A stretch of 64,000 nt of DNA, from assembly GCF_001194135.2 (NCBI RefSeq), contig NC_068987.1:89317758-89381757 (forward strand). Reading direction: 5' to 3'. The position numbers and the translations under genes are program-made. The notes under the pieces are model-generated. The model did no database searches. It saw nothing but the letters and a program-made list of their open reading frames with translations, and had not been told where the DNA came from. Below, one piece after another: positions 11,867-25,400 of this stretch; the first letter of the stretch is position 1; each line of letters begins with the position of its first letter. Source of the stretch: Octopus bimaculoides (taxonomy: Eukaryota).

Positions 11867-14800
11867 TATAATCTGTTAATTAGGAGAGGCAAAGTGAAAT
11901 AAGAATTTGGTAGATAAAATTTTTCAAAGTTTTAGACAGTAATGCTGTGACTTTCAAAAGAACCTGGTTTGATTGTATGCAAATTGACCAGCCCAGGGCT
12001 CAGTTGGTAAGACCAAGTTATTGAGCACAAACTTCACCTATTACCTGTATTTTAAAGTACCTTTTGAAGATGGACCCGACTTGTCGCAGTTAATTAATAA
12101 ACAAAATTAACTCGTTACTCTTGTTCTAAAGTTGTGCTTTTTCTTTACTGTCATTTCCTGGTTCCACAATGTTAAATTTTGTTAATGAATTTTGGAATTT
12201 TTATTTTACTAAACCCCATGCCTAGATAAAAGGGGTTAAAAAAAAAAACTCAGCCTATAATTTATCTTAAATTTACTGTAATCTTAATTTTTTTCAACAG
12301 AATCACAGCATTCTTGGAATGTATGTTATATTCTCTTATTTTCCATTAATTTTTATTGTAAATGCAATTCCTCTTAGTTCTTGGTTGGGTGTCCATTCTG
12401 TAGATTTAGCCTGTAAGTTTGTTACTCCACCTCCATTTTCAGATGGGTTATGTGATAAAAAAAAAATTTAGTTTGGGAAGTTAGCCCCCCCCCCCTTAAT
12501 TTTCTATTGATAGGGTGTGGTAGATCTAAGGAATTTTGGTGGGAGATTGTGATAATTTGTATCACGAAAATATTCTAGTGTTAATGTGATTGGACAAGTT
12601 TATCACTTATCATTGTTAAACTCGTGTCCTGTCTGTATTTTTTTCCCTGGCTTGCAATTGTCATAGAGGTCAATTGATTTATTGACCCACTGCAAGAATG
12701 ACCAAGGAGTTAGACTTATTCAGTTTATCCAAGTCAAAATTGTCATGGTGATTTATGGAACAGCTTACACTAAAACATATAAAACAAACAAACCTGGACA
12801 TGTAACTGAATCTAACCTATTAACATTTATATCTGGCCAAAATATTCCAGATGTTTTATGTTCAAACTGGTCAGATCTGGCCTCTCCCACCAACCGTACA
12901 ATATCATTCTAAAAATTTACCTTATCAAAATTTGCATCTTTATCTCAGTAAATTTTAATATGTAGGGTGTTTTGGGGTTTATAAATTTTATTGGGGGGCT
13001 AAATATTAGGTTTTGTACCTTTATGTAATTTATTGATCTTTAGCATAATTTGGGCATGTTAGCTTGACTTTAGGGGGATTCTCTCAGTTTTAACGATATT
13101 TCTTTGGGAAATGTCAACTATATATTTCACTTTATTCTATGAATAAAATGAAATGAGCAGACACTTGTAGTAATTGGAATTATTCTGTATTAGATCCTCT
13201 AAGCCAGCGCTTCCTAAACTCTTGGTCAGGACCCCATTGGGGGTTGCAAAAATTAAATTCAAACACTTGAATTTCAGTTTATTCTACAAATGCATATTTA
13301 ATACCTGGAGTCACGAAAAATCTTGATTAAAAAGTTTAAGAAATGTTGAAATAATGACCTGTACCAGAAAAAAGATAAATATTTAACTCACTAAACTTTG
13401 GAAACTTAAAATTGAACAAAGAAGCACTTAAAATATGACCAAGTCTTTATATCCATGACAACTGCACTATTGTTTTATACAGTGTTTATTGCCATAAATA
13501 TAGTGACTTTTGTGGAAATAAATGGAAGAAATAAGTGATTGTGTTTTGTTATTTACCATCTACAAATCTGATTTGTAGTTGACCAGTTGACATAGCTATT
13601 ACTTTTGTTTTGAGAAATAATGGTACTCTTGATTAATAGAAATCAGAAATTGTGGTGTTTACATTTTCAAAGATTAGCAAGATTTGGTAGCTTAATAGGA
13701 AACTAGTATCAGTTAAATTTGTTCAGATTCGCAAGGAATTCTATTGATAACCTTTAACTTCTTGCTAACAATTTGTGATGCTTCAAATGCTATCATAGTT
13801 CCATAGGAAGGAAAACGATTGGAAGCTTGGGTGAATCTTGATGATTCCATGCTTTTGAACACATGAAAATAAAACTTATTTTTCTACATCAAACACACCT
13901 TAATTTGAAAAAAAGACCAAATGATAGTTTGAGCATTTATCAGGTGAATAAATCCTGTTTGTTTCCAGATACGAAAATGCATATCGCATCCACTGACACT
14001 GCGATTAATACAAAATGACCTTTGACCTGTTGTCAACTACAAATCGGATTAACTTGAAGGTCATGTCTTAATATTAAAAGCTAAATATTTCCTCTGCTGC
14101 TCTTGTGTAATCAGCAAGTTTGCTGCTATAAACCGTTGAGGTTTGGATTTTTTTTTTTTCAATTTAAACCAGCCAAAATATTCTACCTTTTTATGTTCAA
14201 ACTGGCCAGATCTAGACTCTCACATTCTTTTTCTGAGAGCAAACAATCACATTTGAAATATTTAAGCTACCAGATGATGTGATTAATTCAAAACAATGTG
14301 AATAAATAAGCATTACATTTGACAGCTTAAACTGTTGGCTAGCTGGTGCTTTGCCAGTCATTTCCTGTTAATCTCCTTCAAGCAGTCATCACTGAGTATC
14401 TGTCAGCTGTGGAGTTAATATTGGCACATCTTACCAAACCTGCAGCAGCTTTGAAATGCACTTCACAAAAGTACAATGGAAAGAAAACAGAAACCTTGAA
14501 ATCAAGAACAGTTATATGACCTACCTATGTGCTTTAGATAATTCCAGATGCCACAGAAGCTTAGCGTGGACATGAATGAAAATACTTAAGGGTACCTGTT
14601 AAAGACGGTTAAGTCCTACAGATGATGTGTTGTTGGGAAGATGTTTGTGATTCACAAGACTACATTTGGAGAGAAATATAATTAATTCCAGTAACTTTGC
14701 TCTTCATCTGTTAGTGATACCAAAGGTTAAGCTTTGTGGGGGTTTGAAAACTGAAGAGAGATGAATATGTTTGATAATGCTTTAGACACCAACTTGGGTT

Positions 14801-15727
14801 TGTTTTGTCCTACTAATCCATCTGTCACTCAAGTACTGGGTCAAAGTGATTGCCTATACTCTTCCACAAATTGTGTTTACGTAAGACATTACATTCTAAG
14901 TTTTTGGATGCATTAATTAAAACTTAGAGCTGCTTGTATATGTAGAACAAGTTACGAACCTGGCTAAGGTATGCATTAGCACTTTCATATGCATGATGGA
15001 TTTTAAGTTTCTTCCTATGAAATTCACTCTAGGTTTCGGTTGACGCAAGAGTAGTAGAAGACAGCCAGGGTGCCATGGAAGCATTTAATAGGATACAAAA
15101 TCACTGGATATTCCAAATGTATGTTCCAAATTTGGACCAACCTGTTTGTTTTGAAAGTTGTGATTGTGTAGATGATGAAAATGCATAATTTCTCAAGTTA
15201 TGTGTTTATGCTATCTGTGTAGAGGTTATGAGTTCAAATCTGCTATTGGTATTTTATTTTACTATGCCTTGGCTTTTCATCCCATGTGTTTGTTTTTTTT
15301 TCTCTCTTTTTTGTACAGTTCATCTAAGATATTGGATATCTTTTTAAACCACTAGAGATTTAACTGCTATTTCTAGCAGGTCAAGCAGCTACATAGAGGG
15401 CCTCATATGTCTTGTTCATTTTGTTGGTTTATAGATACCAGATGATCTGAGAATGTTTCCTTCTATGAATTGATGTCCCTATCTCGTCTACTTCATACTA
15501 TGAAACCACAGCTAAGTACCTTTGTAGGCCCTGCAGCCTTTTTATTTTTTATCTATATACATATTGCGGAGACTTAAATTACATACAAAGGTATATTGAA
15601 ACATTCAATTTATATAGTTTGACTTGCTTTTCCATGTTAGTATCACAATCTGTTCCACCCACAGCAGCATACATGGAAGAATTTTGAATTCAGCTTTAAT
15701 AACAAACAACATACATCAACAATTTAA

Positions 15728-16272
15728 CCCTTTTATTACCGTATTTATTTTGAGATATTCTGTGTTTCTTTCAATTATTTTAAATATAACAAAGAATTTA
15801 GTGAAATAGTTTTCATTCAGCTAGTGTTAGGAACATAAATTGTGACTAAGGTTTGGTGGAAGATTTTAATTCAAAATTTATGAAAACAAGACATTTGTAC
15901 TACAGAGCCAGATGCAGTTTTAGCCAGTTTGGTATCAACACTAGCTTAATGATAATTAAGTTATTTTATTAAATTCTTTGTTATATTTAAAATTAATTGA
16001 AAGAAACAGCATCTCAACAGAAGAATGGTGACAAAAGGGTTAAATTAATCATTTGTTAACCCTTTTGTCACCATTCTTCTGTTGAGATGCTCTGTGTTTC
16101 TTTCAATTAATTCTAAATACAACAAAGAATTTAGTAAAATAACTTAATTGTCATTCAGCTAGTGTTAGGAACATAAATTGTGACTAAGGTTTGGTGGAAG
16201 ATTTTAATTCAAAACTTCTGAAAAGATATTTGTACTACAAAGGCAGTTTCAGCCGGGTTGATAACAAAAGGG
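15728..16272. mobile_element. Two adjacent piggyBac-like MITEs (TTAA-CCCT...AGGG-TTAA)
   Basis: 15728-16039 flanked by TTAA; 16060-16272; same family at about 55560-55783 and 55804-56027. Confidence 0.75.
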
Positions 16273-16889
16273 TTATATCTATCATCATCATTTAATGTCT
16301 GTTTTCTATGCTGGCATGTGTTGGACGGCTTGATAGGAGCTGGAGAGCTGCAGCAGAGTCCTGTTTGTTTTGGCATAGTTTATATTACTAGGTGCGCTTC
16401 CTAATGCCAACCACTTTACAGAGTATACTGGGTGCTTTTTACATAGCACCGGCACCTAATATCTAGGTAAGAAATCCGAACATAACTGTCAAGAATTAGA
16501 AACTGTTTTATAAGCTGCTACATCTATATAAATAAAGCCATAGCTCATAACTGACGGTTCTAGTGTGAAACATGTCCTAGAGGTCTGAGTTAAATGGAAA
16601 CTTAAAGTTTTATTTGTTCTTGATTTGATTTAGCAAAGTCTATAACCAGAACATTAGGAGGTCTAAAGCTATACTTTACTGCTCACCTTGTCCTGTTGTG
16701 TAATGGTCTTCTTTTGCCTTTCACATCCCAAACCTCTAAACTGGGGAAAATAACAAAGTTGCTATGACTTCCAGTTTAACTCCTGCCAAAAACTTCATCC
16801 CTATACAGGTATACAATGATTAAATCATCCAAACAAGCTTCACCCCTCTTTTTTCATATATGCTATTAACTCTGGCTCGAAGTCATAAA

Positions 16890-17088
16890 TAGAGGAAAGT
16901 AGAGGGAAACAGTTTAACACATTGAGTGCCATGTATACATGGCACTTTACAAATGTGCCACGTATACGTATATTGTATATGTTTTCTAATTTGAAAAAAA
17001 AAAAAACAGGTGTGGCACATGGGACCAATTTACATATTTGCCCTTGGCACTCAATATGTTAGCAGAACCAACTCTACTTATCCTTTCT
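16890..17088. mobile_element. Foldback element
   Basis: aagtagag...taacacattgagtgcca versus tggcactcaatatgtta...ctctactt. Confidence 0.55.
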
Positions 17089-17784
17089 TTGCTGTATTTG
17101 TGTTAGTACTGGTTACAAACGTTTGAAAGATTGAATCATTTTCAGAAATAATACTTGCTCAATTATTTATTTCAAACTGAAGTGAAGTCGTCAATACAAA
17201 ATTATTATTTAAAGTGTTTCAAACAAAATTTATGAGCATTCATTAAATTCTTAGATAGTATTTGGGCCACAACATAAGCATTTGTGCGTCTGTGAGCAGA
17301 AGACAAATATAGGATTATTTGATCCATGATGTGAACAAACAAAAAAATAAATTTTTTAAGTGTCAATTTAGTTTCTAATGTAAGACAACTACTGTTCAGA
17401 GTCAAATTTTAAAATTTCAGATATATTGGTGCAAAGGAGAATTGTATGTTCATTTTATTTTTATTTTTTTCTATTAATTTTAATCCTTTCCAATGTTATT
17501 CAAATTAACATGCAAAATATTTTTATCATAGTTTTTAATTTTTGTAGTTCTGTTTTTCCTTTATAACTTTCGGTTGTTTTTCTTGAAATTTGATTAATTT
17601 TTGTCGCTTTTCCGATATATGACAGAGGGGTGTCAAATAGAAAAAAAAAACAATAAAAAAATGAAGGAATTTATCTGAAGACCCCAAAATTTACAAATTT
17701 TATAGACACAGTCTTTTACACACTAATTACTATAACATTTAAATGACATTTAGATCTAATTAATTTTTACCTGTTGAATTTATG

Positions 17785-18370
17785 TTAAATTTTGTAATTG
17801 TTTAATGAGGATAGCTGCGTGAAAAAGTGCCACTCCTTAACAGTTGAGGGAACCCGTGGAAGAGGTAGGCCCAGGAAAACCTGGGCTGAGGTGGTGAGGC
17901 AAGACCTTCGAACATTGGACCTCACCGAGGCGATGACTACTGACCGAGACCTTTGGAAATGTGCTGTGCGTGAGAAGACCCGGCAAGCCAAGTGAGATCG
18001 TTGCCAGGGCCCCTGGACTGGCTCTTGTGCGGGTGGCACATAAGATGTACCATCCTGAGCGTGACCGTTGCCAGTACCGCCTGACTGGCCTTGTAGGGTT
18101 TTCGAGCGAGATCATTGCCAGTGCCCCTGGATTGGCTCTTGTGCGGGTGGCACATAAAAGACACCATTTCAAGCGTGGCCGTTTTCGTGTGGGTGACACG
18201 TAAAAGCACCCACTACACTCTCTGAGTGGTTGGCGTTAGGAAGGGCATCCAGCTGTAGAAACTCTGCCAAATTAGATTGGAGCCTGGTGTAGCCATCCAG
18301 TTGCACCAGTCCTCAGTCAAATCGTCCAACCCATGCTAGCATGGAAAGCGGACGTTAAACGATGATGATG
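17785..18370 (+). mobile_element. RTE LINE 3' end with 60-70 bp internal tandem repeats and (GAT)n tail
   Basis: DSCVKKCHSLTVEGTRGRGRPRKTW; related copies at 23255-24015, 27640-28775, 30585-30915, 45520-45850. Confidence 0.8.
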
Positions 18371-19004
18371 TCTTTTACTATGTTAGGTGAATTAATAAAG
18401 ATTATAGATTTTGGGGTTTTTAACCTTATTTTCGTAGTGGCAAGTTTGCAGAAACATTAGCACATCGCATAAAATGCTTTGTGACAATTCTTCTGGTTCT
18501 TTATGCTCTGAGTTCAAATCCTGTTAGAAATCAACTTTGCCTTTTATCTTTTCAGGGTTGATAAAATAAGGTACCACTCAAGTGCTGGGAGTCGATGTAA
18601 CTAATTTGTCCCCTCCATTCACAATTGCTGGCTCTGAACCCTATGATGGGTCAGCATCCCATTCAAGGGGTATGTTGGGATCTCTCTCATTTATACACCA
18701 TGGAAACCTGGTAACTGGTGTTATGAGTCCTGGGGCTCAAAAAAAAAAATGAGCCCCAAAAGCAAACAACATCTGTTTTCCATGCTGGCATGGGTTGGAC
18801 GGTTTGACAGAGCTGGCAAGCCAGACGACTGCACCAGAATTTATTGTTTCTTTTTGACAATACAATAAACCCTCGACTATCGCAGGTGTTATGTCCCAAA
18901 ACCTCCCACAGAAATAATTAAAATTTTAAAAAACATAAATACCAATTAGCTGCAGTAGCTGCAGAAACCTGTGAGATACTGGAATAATGTTTGCCTTTCA
19001 AACC

Positions 19005-19277
19005 CTCTTTCATGAGTCCGAAGAGATGATAGTCTGACGAGGAAGTGAAAACTGTGAAGAAGTGGCTCAAAGAACAGTCAACAGAATTTTACGTGGATAG
19101 GGATACATGCTCTCATTCGAAGGTGGAACATTGCTATTGAGAGAAATGGTGACTATGTTGAGAAGTAGGGTTGTGATCCACAGAGGACCAGCTTCATTTT
19201 GATGTATGATACATGTTCCTGTGTTGGTAATTATACCTGTCCTAAACAAAATGGCATTACTTGTTGACTCACCCTTG
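19005..19277 (+). mobile_element. Mariner transposon 3' relic
   Basis: DEEVKTVKKWLKEQSTEFY..IHALIRRWNIAIERNGDYVEK*, followed by a TIR ending cacccttg-TA. Confidence 0.8.
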
Positions 19278-19280
19278 TAT

Positions 19281-19333
<53 letters not shown>

Positions 19334-19853
19334 TATATCATTGCTTAAACATTCGCTTTCCATGCTGGCATGGATTGGACGGTTTGACTGAGGACTGGCA
19401 AGCCAGTAGGCTGCACCAGGCTCCAGTCTGATCTTGTATATATTTATGTGTGTGTGTGCTTTGTTTGTTTCCCCCACAAAGACACACCTATACATGACAA
19501 CCTTCTTTCCATTTCCATTTACCAAATCCACTCATAAGGCCCAGAGCTATATTAGAGGACACTTGCCCAAGGTGCCACACAGTGCAATTGAACCTGGAAC
19601 TATGTGGTTGGGAAATAAATTTCTTGCCACACCTGTACCTGTATGATGATGAATATATATTTTTTTTATTTCTTGCATCAAACACCTTGGAATATTTTCA
19701 GTGGTGTGCTAATTTAGTACAAATCTAAATATTAATAAAGAATTTATTCAAACAGAATAGCAACATAAAAGACTTCTAAGGCCTGTGCTAAGAACTATAT
19801 CCTGAATGTGTGGATTGAATCCTGATATTTGATTTAGAATTAAAAGTTTGAAA

Positions 19854-20482
19854 TCATTCAACTTTAGTTTGATCAGTTACCATTTCTTCCATACTTTCTG
19901 TCTCTTCCTCTGCATTTCCATTGGCAAGATTCTTCAATTTATGCATCTTTTGAATCTGCTGTTGTTTCTTTTTCTTAATCTCTTTCCATTTTTCTATGGC
20001 AACATTCCTTCTTGCAGAAAAATTATTTTTCCAAATCGTATGTTGTTCTTCCGTTTCACTGATTTCTTTCCTCAGTTGCTTCACACGATTTTCCCATTCA
20101 TCATCTTGGAACAGTGGGCTTTTTTTACCACTCTTGTCATTTTTGTTGTTGTTATTGCCAATTGTGTCATAAAGGTAGGACAAATCATCATCGTCTTCCT
20201 CTCTTCTCACTTTATCATCTGGTGTGTCTTCCAAAAGAGTTTTAATGTCATTGATATTGCTGTTGTGGTTATTACCATTATTTATGTTGTTATTACCATT
20301 ATTATTGTTGTTATTGTCACTGTTAGTGAAATTATCTTCACCACCTTCGACACCCAAGTCTTTTCCTTTAACATTACTGCTGTCATTATCATCATCTTGA
20401 AGTAATCCATTATCTTTATGGTCTATATTTGACCCTGACTCTGGAGATACATCATTCATTTCTGCCATAATAGAAGCCAAAT
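19854..20482 (-). CDS. Unrecognised Asn/Asp-rich protein with C-terminal coiled coil (single coding exon from ATG 20468, 204 aa, or last exon of a longer gene)
   Basis: 208-codon open frame; acceptor aacAG at 20484-20483; attATGG context at 20468; minus-strand AATAAA at 19743-19748; EWENRVKQLRKEISETEE heptads. Confidence 0.7.
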
Positions 20483-21309
20483 CTGTTTTATCCTATTTCT
20501 GTTATGAATCATACATATGTGTGTGTGTTGCTTTGTGTTGGGCAAACTAGAGAGGAATGCTTAGCAAATGTTGCAGAGGATATGTTTGTCTTTTTTTATT
20601 GAAACTGAAAATGAAAGTAAGTTTTGTGGTTCGAGTGTCAGACTGCTTTGATCTTCAGGCAATATATATATATATATATATATATATATGCTCACTTGAT
20701 ATATTTCAAATAGCAATAAAAAATATATAAATAGGTTTTTGTAGACATCAATTATTCTATAGTTTTTGTCTTAAATGGATCATGACCAGGCAAAACCTGA
20801 AATTAAAAAGAAAGAAAAATCTTATTAGCAAAAAATGTATGAAGGGATTAATTTAATTTATTCTTGAGAAAAAGGATGAATGATTTATGAAAGAAAATAT
20901 TAAACAGTAATGAAATAATGTTTCAAAATAGGTATAGAGATAGCTGTGTGGTTAAGAAGCTAGCTTTGCAACCACATTGATTCAGGTTCAGTTCCACTGT
21001 GTGGCACTTTGGCTGAGTGTCTTCTATTGTAGCCCAAAGCTGATCAATGTCTTGCAAGTAAATTTGTATCTGTATGTATGTGTGTATGGCAATAACTGAG
21101 TGTGTGTGTGTGTGGCAGTAACTGTGTGCATGTGTGTGTGTGGCGGTAACCGAGTGCATGTGGTAGTAACTGTTTATGTGTGAGAGTGGTCTTTGTGTCT
21201 GTTAATGTCATAGTAAGAGATTAGCAGCTATGGTTAAAGGTCTGGTTGTTTTTGTGTAGTTGTGTGTTTTTGCACATGTGCAGTAGTAGGGTGTTTGAGA
21301 GGCAGTTTG

Positions 21310-21458
21310 AAGGGTGTGTGGTAAGTAACTTGCTTACCAACCACATGGTTCTGGGTTCAGTCCTTCTGTGTGGCACCTTGGGCAAGTACCTTCTGCTATA
21401 GCCTTGGACTGACCAAGGCCTTGTGAGTGGTAGATGGAAACTGAAAGGAGCCCATCGC

Positions 21459-21490
<32 letters not shown>

Positions 21491-21660
21491 GTGTGTGTGT
21501 TTGTCCCCCCAACATCACTTGACAACCGATGCTGGTAAAAGAGACCAATAGAATAAGCACTAGGCTTACAAATGATAAGTCCTGTGGTTGATTTGCTCTC
21601 ACTAAAGGCGGTGCCCCAGCATGGCCGTAGTCAAATGACTGAAACAAGTAAAAGAATAAA
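21310..21660 (+). mobile_element. tRNA-derived SINE family with internal (TA)n/(TG)n
   Basis: A/B-box-like head, gcaccttgggcaag core, gaaacaagtaaaag tail; copies at 22485-22810, 24640-25035(-), 25788-26210, 19480-19640(-), 50240-50400. Confidence 0.8.
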
Positions 21661-22177
21661 AGAATTTATCGTGGCATTCCATCGGTTATGACAATGAGGG
21701 TTTCAGTTGATCCGATCAACGGAACAGCCTGCTCGTGAAATTAACGTGTAAGTGGCTGAGCACTCCACAGACATGAGTACTCTTAAGATAGTTCTCAGGG
21801 AGATTCAGTGTGACATAGCTGGCCCTTTGAAATACAGGTACAACAGAAACAGGAAGAAAGGGTGAGAGAAAGTTATGCTGAAAGAGTATAGCAGGGTTCA
21901 CCACCAGCCCCTGCTGGAGCCTTGTGGAGCTTTAGGTGTTTTCACTCAATAAACACTCACAACACTCAGTCTGGGAATTGAAGTCGCAATCCCACAACTG
22001 CGAGTCTGCTGCCCTAACCACTGGGCCATTGCACCTCTACAAAAGAATATCATCATCATCATCATCATCGTTTAACGTCCGCTTTCCATGCTAGCATGGG
22101 TTGGACGATTTGACTGAGGACTGGTGAAACCGGATGGCAACACTAGGCTCCTATATATATATATATATATATATTGT

Positions 22178-22418
22178 ATAAAAGGTCGTGGGTAAGGCCA
22201 AAACAATGCCAAATAAATGCAAGGTAAATCACAAGAAAACAAATATGTGAATTATGTAGATTTACCTTGTATTCAATATTTCGGGGTTATAAGCCCATTT
22301 TCAAGAAATAGACGATATATTGAATGCAAGGTAAGTCTACATTAATTCACATATTTATTTTCTTGTGATTTACCTTGCATTTACTTCACATTGTTTTGGC
22401 CTTGCCCATGATCCTTTA
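22178..22418. mobile_element. Foldback element with about 100-bp arms and a degenerate hammerhead-like loop
   Basis: Arms 22178-22278 and 22316-22418 are near-perfect reverse complements. Confidence 0.75.
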
Positions 22419-25400
22419 TGCAATATATTCTACACAATGCTTCATAGTAATTATACCATTATATATATATATATATATATATATAATGCGTGGCACCTTG
22501 GGCAAGTGTCTTCTACTATAACCTCAGGCCGACCAAAGCCTTGTGAGTGGATTTGGTAGACGGAAACTGAAAGAAGCCCATCGTATATATATATATATGT
22601 TTGTGTATCTGGGTTTGCTCCCCACAACATCGCTTCAGAACTGATGCTGGTGTGTTTACGTCCCCGTAACTTAGCAGTTCGGCAAAAGAGACCGATAGAA
22701 TAAGTACTTGGCTTACAAAGAATAAGTCCTGGGGTCGATTTGCTCGACTAAAGGTGGTGCTCCAGCATGGCTGCAGTCAAATGACTGAAACAAGTAAAAG
22801 AGTTAAAAGAGTAATACACACACACACACACAACTGTACAAATGTTTTCATAATGGACACATTATAAGCTCATGCAATAAGCAGCCATCACTTTCTTAGC
22901 AGTTGAAATTTAAATAAATGTTGCTTATTGCATGAACTTAGTATAAGTACATTATAGAAACATTTGAACAGTTGTAGTAGTAGTAGTATTAATAAATCTT
23001 TTGTTTTTGCAGCAAGAGATTGCTCAGTAGATATTTCTAATTAAGTAAATAGCTTTTTCATAATTCACATTTTTTAGAAATTATGTTGATACACATTATT
23101 CATTAAAATTGTAATATATAAAACAGACAGAGTCAACAACTATTGAAGAGGTTGCAAGAAGCAACGAAAATTATTTCTATCAATGTAGGTGATCTCCAGC
23201 CAACCAGGAGGGGCAGCAGTTCAGAGAAGGAAAAAAATTACTTGGAATGTGATATATATAAGGACAGCTGTGTAAAAAAGTGTCGTGGAAGGAGTAGACT
23301 CAGGAAGATGTGGGATGAGGTGGTGAAGCACGACCAAACATTGGGCCTTACCGAAGCAATGACTAGTGACCGAGACCTTTGGAGATATGCTGTGCTTGAG
23401 AAGACCCAACAAGCCAAGTGAGACCATAGCCCGTGGCCTATGCCAGTGGGTGTAACCAGCCCACTTATGAGTACCCCTCATTCATTGGACAATAAACTTT
23501 GCTTGCGAAGACCTGTTGAGGTAAGTGAAATCAAATCAAAATCGCTGACGTGGCTGATTGGTACTCATGCTAGTGGAACGTTAAAAGCACATCCGAGCGT
23601 GATAGTTGCCAGGGTCACAGATTGGCTCTCGTGCCGGTGGCACATAGAAAGCACCATTCGAGTGTGATTATTGCCAGCTTCACCTTACCGGCACATGTGC
23701 CAGTGGAACATGAAAAATAACATTTGAGTGTAGTTGTTGCCAGTGCTGCTGGACTGGCTCCCGTGCAAGTAGCACATAAAAAACAGCTTTTGAGCATGGT
23801 TGTTGCCAGAACTGCCTGACTGGCCCTTGTGCCGGTGGCACATAAAAAGCACCCACTACACTCTCAGAGTGGTTGGCATTAGGAAGGGCATCCAGCTGTA
23901 GAAACTTTGCCAGATCAGATTGGAGCCTGGTGCAGCCTTCTGGCTCACCAGTCCTCAGCCAAACCATCCAACCCATGTCAGCATGGAAAGCGGATGTTAA
24001 ACGATGATGATGATATATATATATATGTATATATTATCATCATCATCATCATTTAATGTACTGGTTCCACACAGGCATGCATGGAATGGTTAAGGAGGAT
24101 CCAATTAGTCTAAGGACTGTGTTAGCCTCAAATGTCTGTTTTGGAATGGTTTCTACAGCTGGATACTCTTCCTAATACCAACAAGTTTACAGAATGGACT
24201 GGACACCTTTTTTGTGACACCAGCACTTATGAAGTCACTGAATAACTCACAAGACAAGACCCCATTCACAAAGTGGTAGAGCAGTAATCGTGGCTTTGTA
24301 CCAGGTGTAGTGAAAGAGGGACAAGTATAGGGGGTCTTGCTGTGAAGGAGATACAGATATACCCCCAGTAGGAAAGTGGGGGATGGTGCAAATGAATTAT
24401 TAAGGCATGCCCTTAAGATACAAGTACATGGACAGAGAAAGAATGGGGACACAGAACCAAGGATTGGTGGGTAGGTAGATAAGGTGGATGAAGGAGTGTG
24501 TGGAGGAGACTGAAGATGCTCACAAGGCAGGGATAACTTCACAGTCACTGTCAGCCTTTTCATTGTAAAAGTTTGATAAAGATTTATTCAACTAAAAAGT
24601 ATTGAATAATCCTTACTTGATGTGAAATTGACTTTATATACTCTTTTACTTGCTTCAGTCATTTTGACTGTGGCCATGCTGGAGCACCGCCTTTAGTCGA
24701 GCAAATCGATCCCAGGACTTATTCTTCATAAGCCTAGTTAGTACATATTCTATCGGACTGTTTTGCCAAACTACTAAGTTATGGGGACGTAAACACACCA
24801 GCATCGGTTGTCAAGCGATGTTGGGGGGACAAACACAGACATATGCACACACATACATATATATTCATATACAATGGGCTTCTTTCAGTTTCTGTCTACC
24901 AAATCCACTCGCAAAGGCTTTAGTTGGCCTGAGGCTATAGAAGAAGACACTTGCCCAAGGTGTCACAGAGTGGGACTGAACCTGGAACCATGTGGTTGGT
25001 GGGCAAGCTACTTACCACACAGCCACTCCTGCACCTATATATATATATATATATATATNNNNNNNNNNNNNNNNNNNNNNNNNNNNNNNNNNNNNNNNNN
25101 NNNNNNNNNNNNNNNNNNNNNNNNNNNNNNNNNNNNNNNNNNNNNNNNNNNNNNNNNNNNNNNNNNNNNNNNNNNNNNNNNNNNNNNNNNNNNNNNNNNN
25201 NNNNNNNNNNNNNNNNNNNNNNNNNNNNNNNNNNNNNNNNNNNNNNNNNNNNNNNNNNNNNNNNNNNNNNNNNNNNNNNNNNNNNNNNNNNNNNNNNNNN
25301 NNNNNNNNNNNNNNNNNNNNNNNNNNNNNNNNNNNNNNNNNNNNNNNNNNNNNNNNNNNNNNNNNNNNNNNNNNNNNNNNNNNNNNNNNNNNNNNNNNNN

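Noticed and set aside
19848-20405. 185-aa hydrophobic plus-strand ORF resembling a membrane protein
   Set aside because: Reverse complement of the Asn/Asp/Lys-rich ORF; the hydrophobicity is the expected antisense artefact.
21960-22040. tRNA-like sequences (also 25788-25860, 34025-34095, 49284-49350)
   Set aside because: Degenerate SINE heads continuing into SINE bodies; no complete cloverleaf, so not called tRNA genes.
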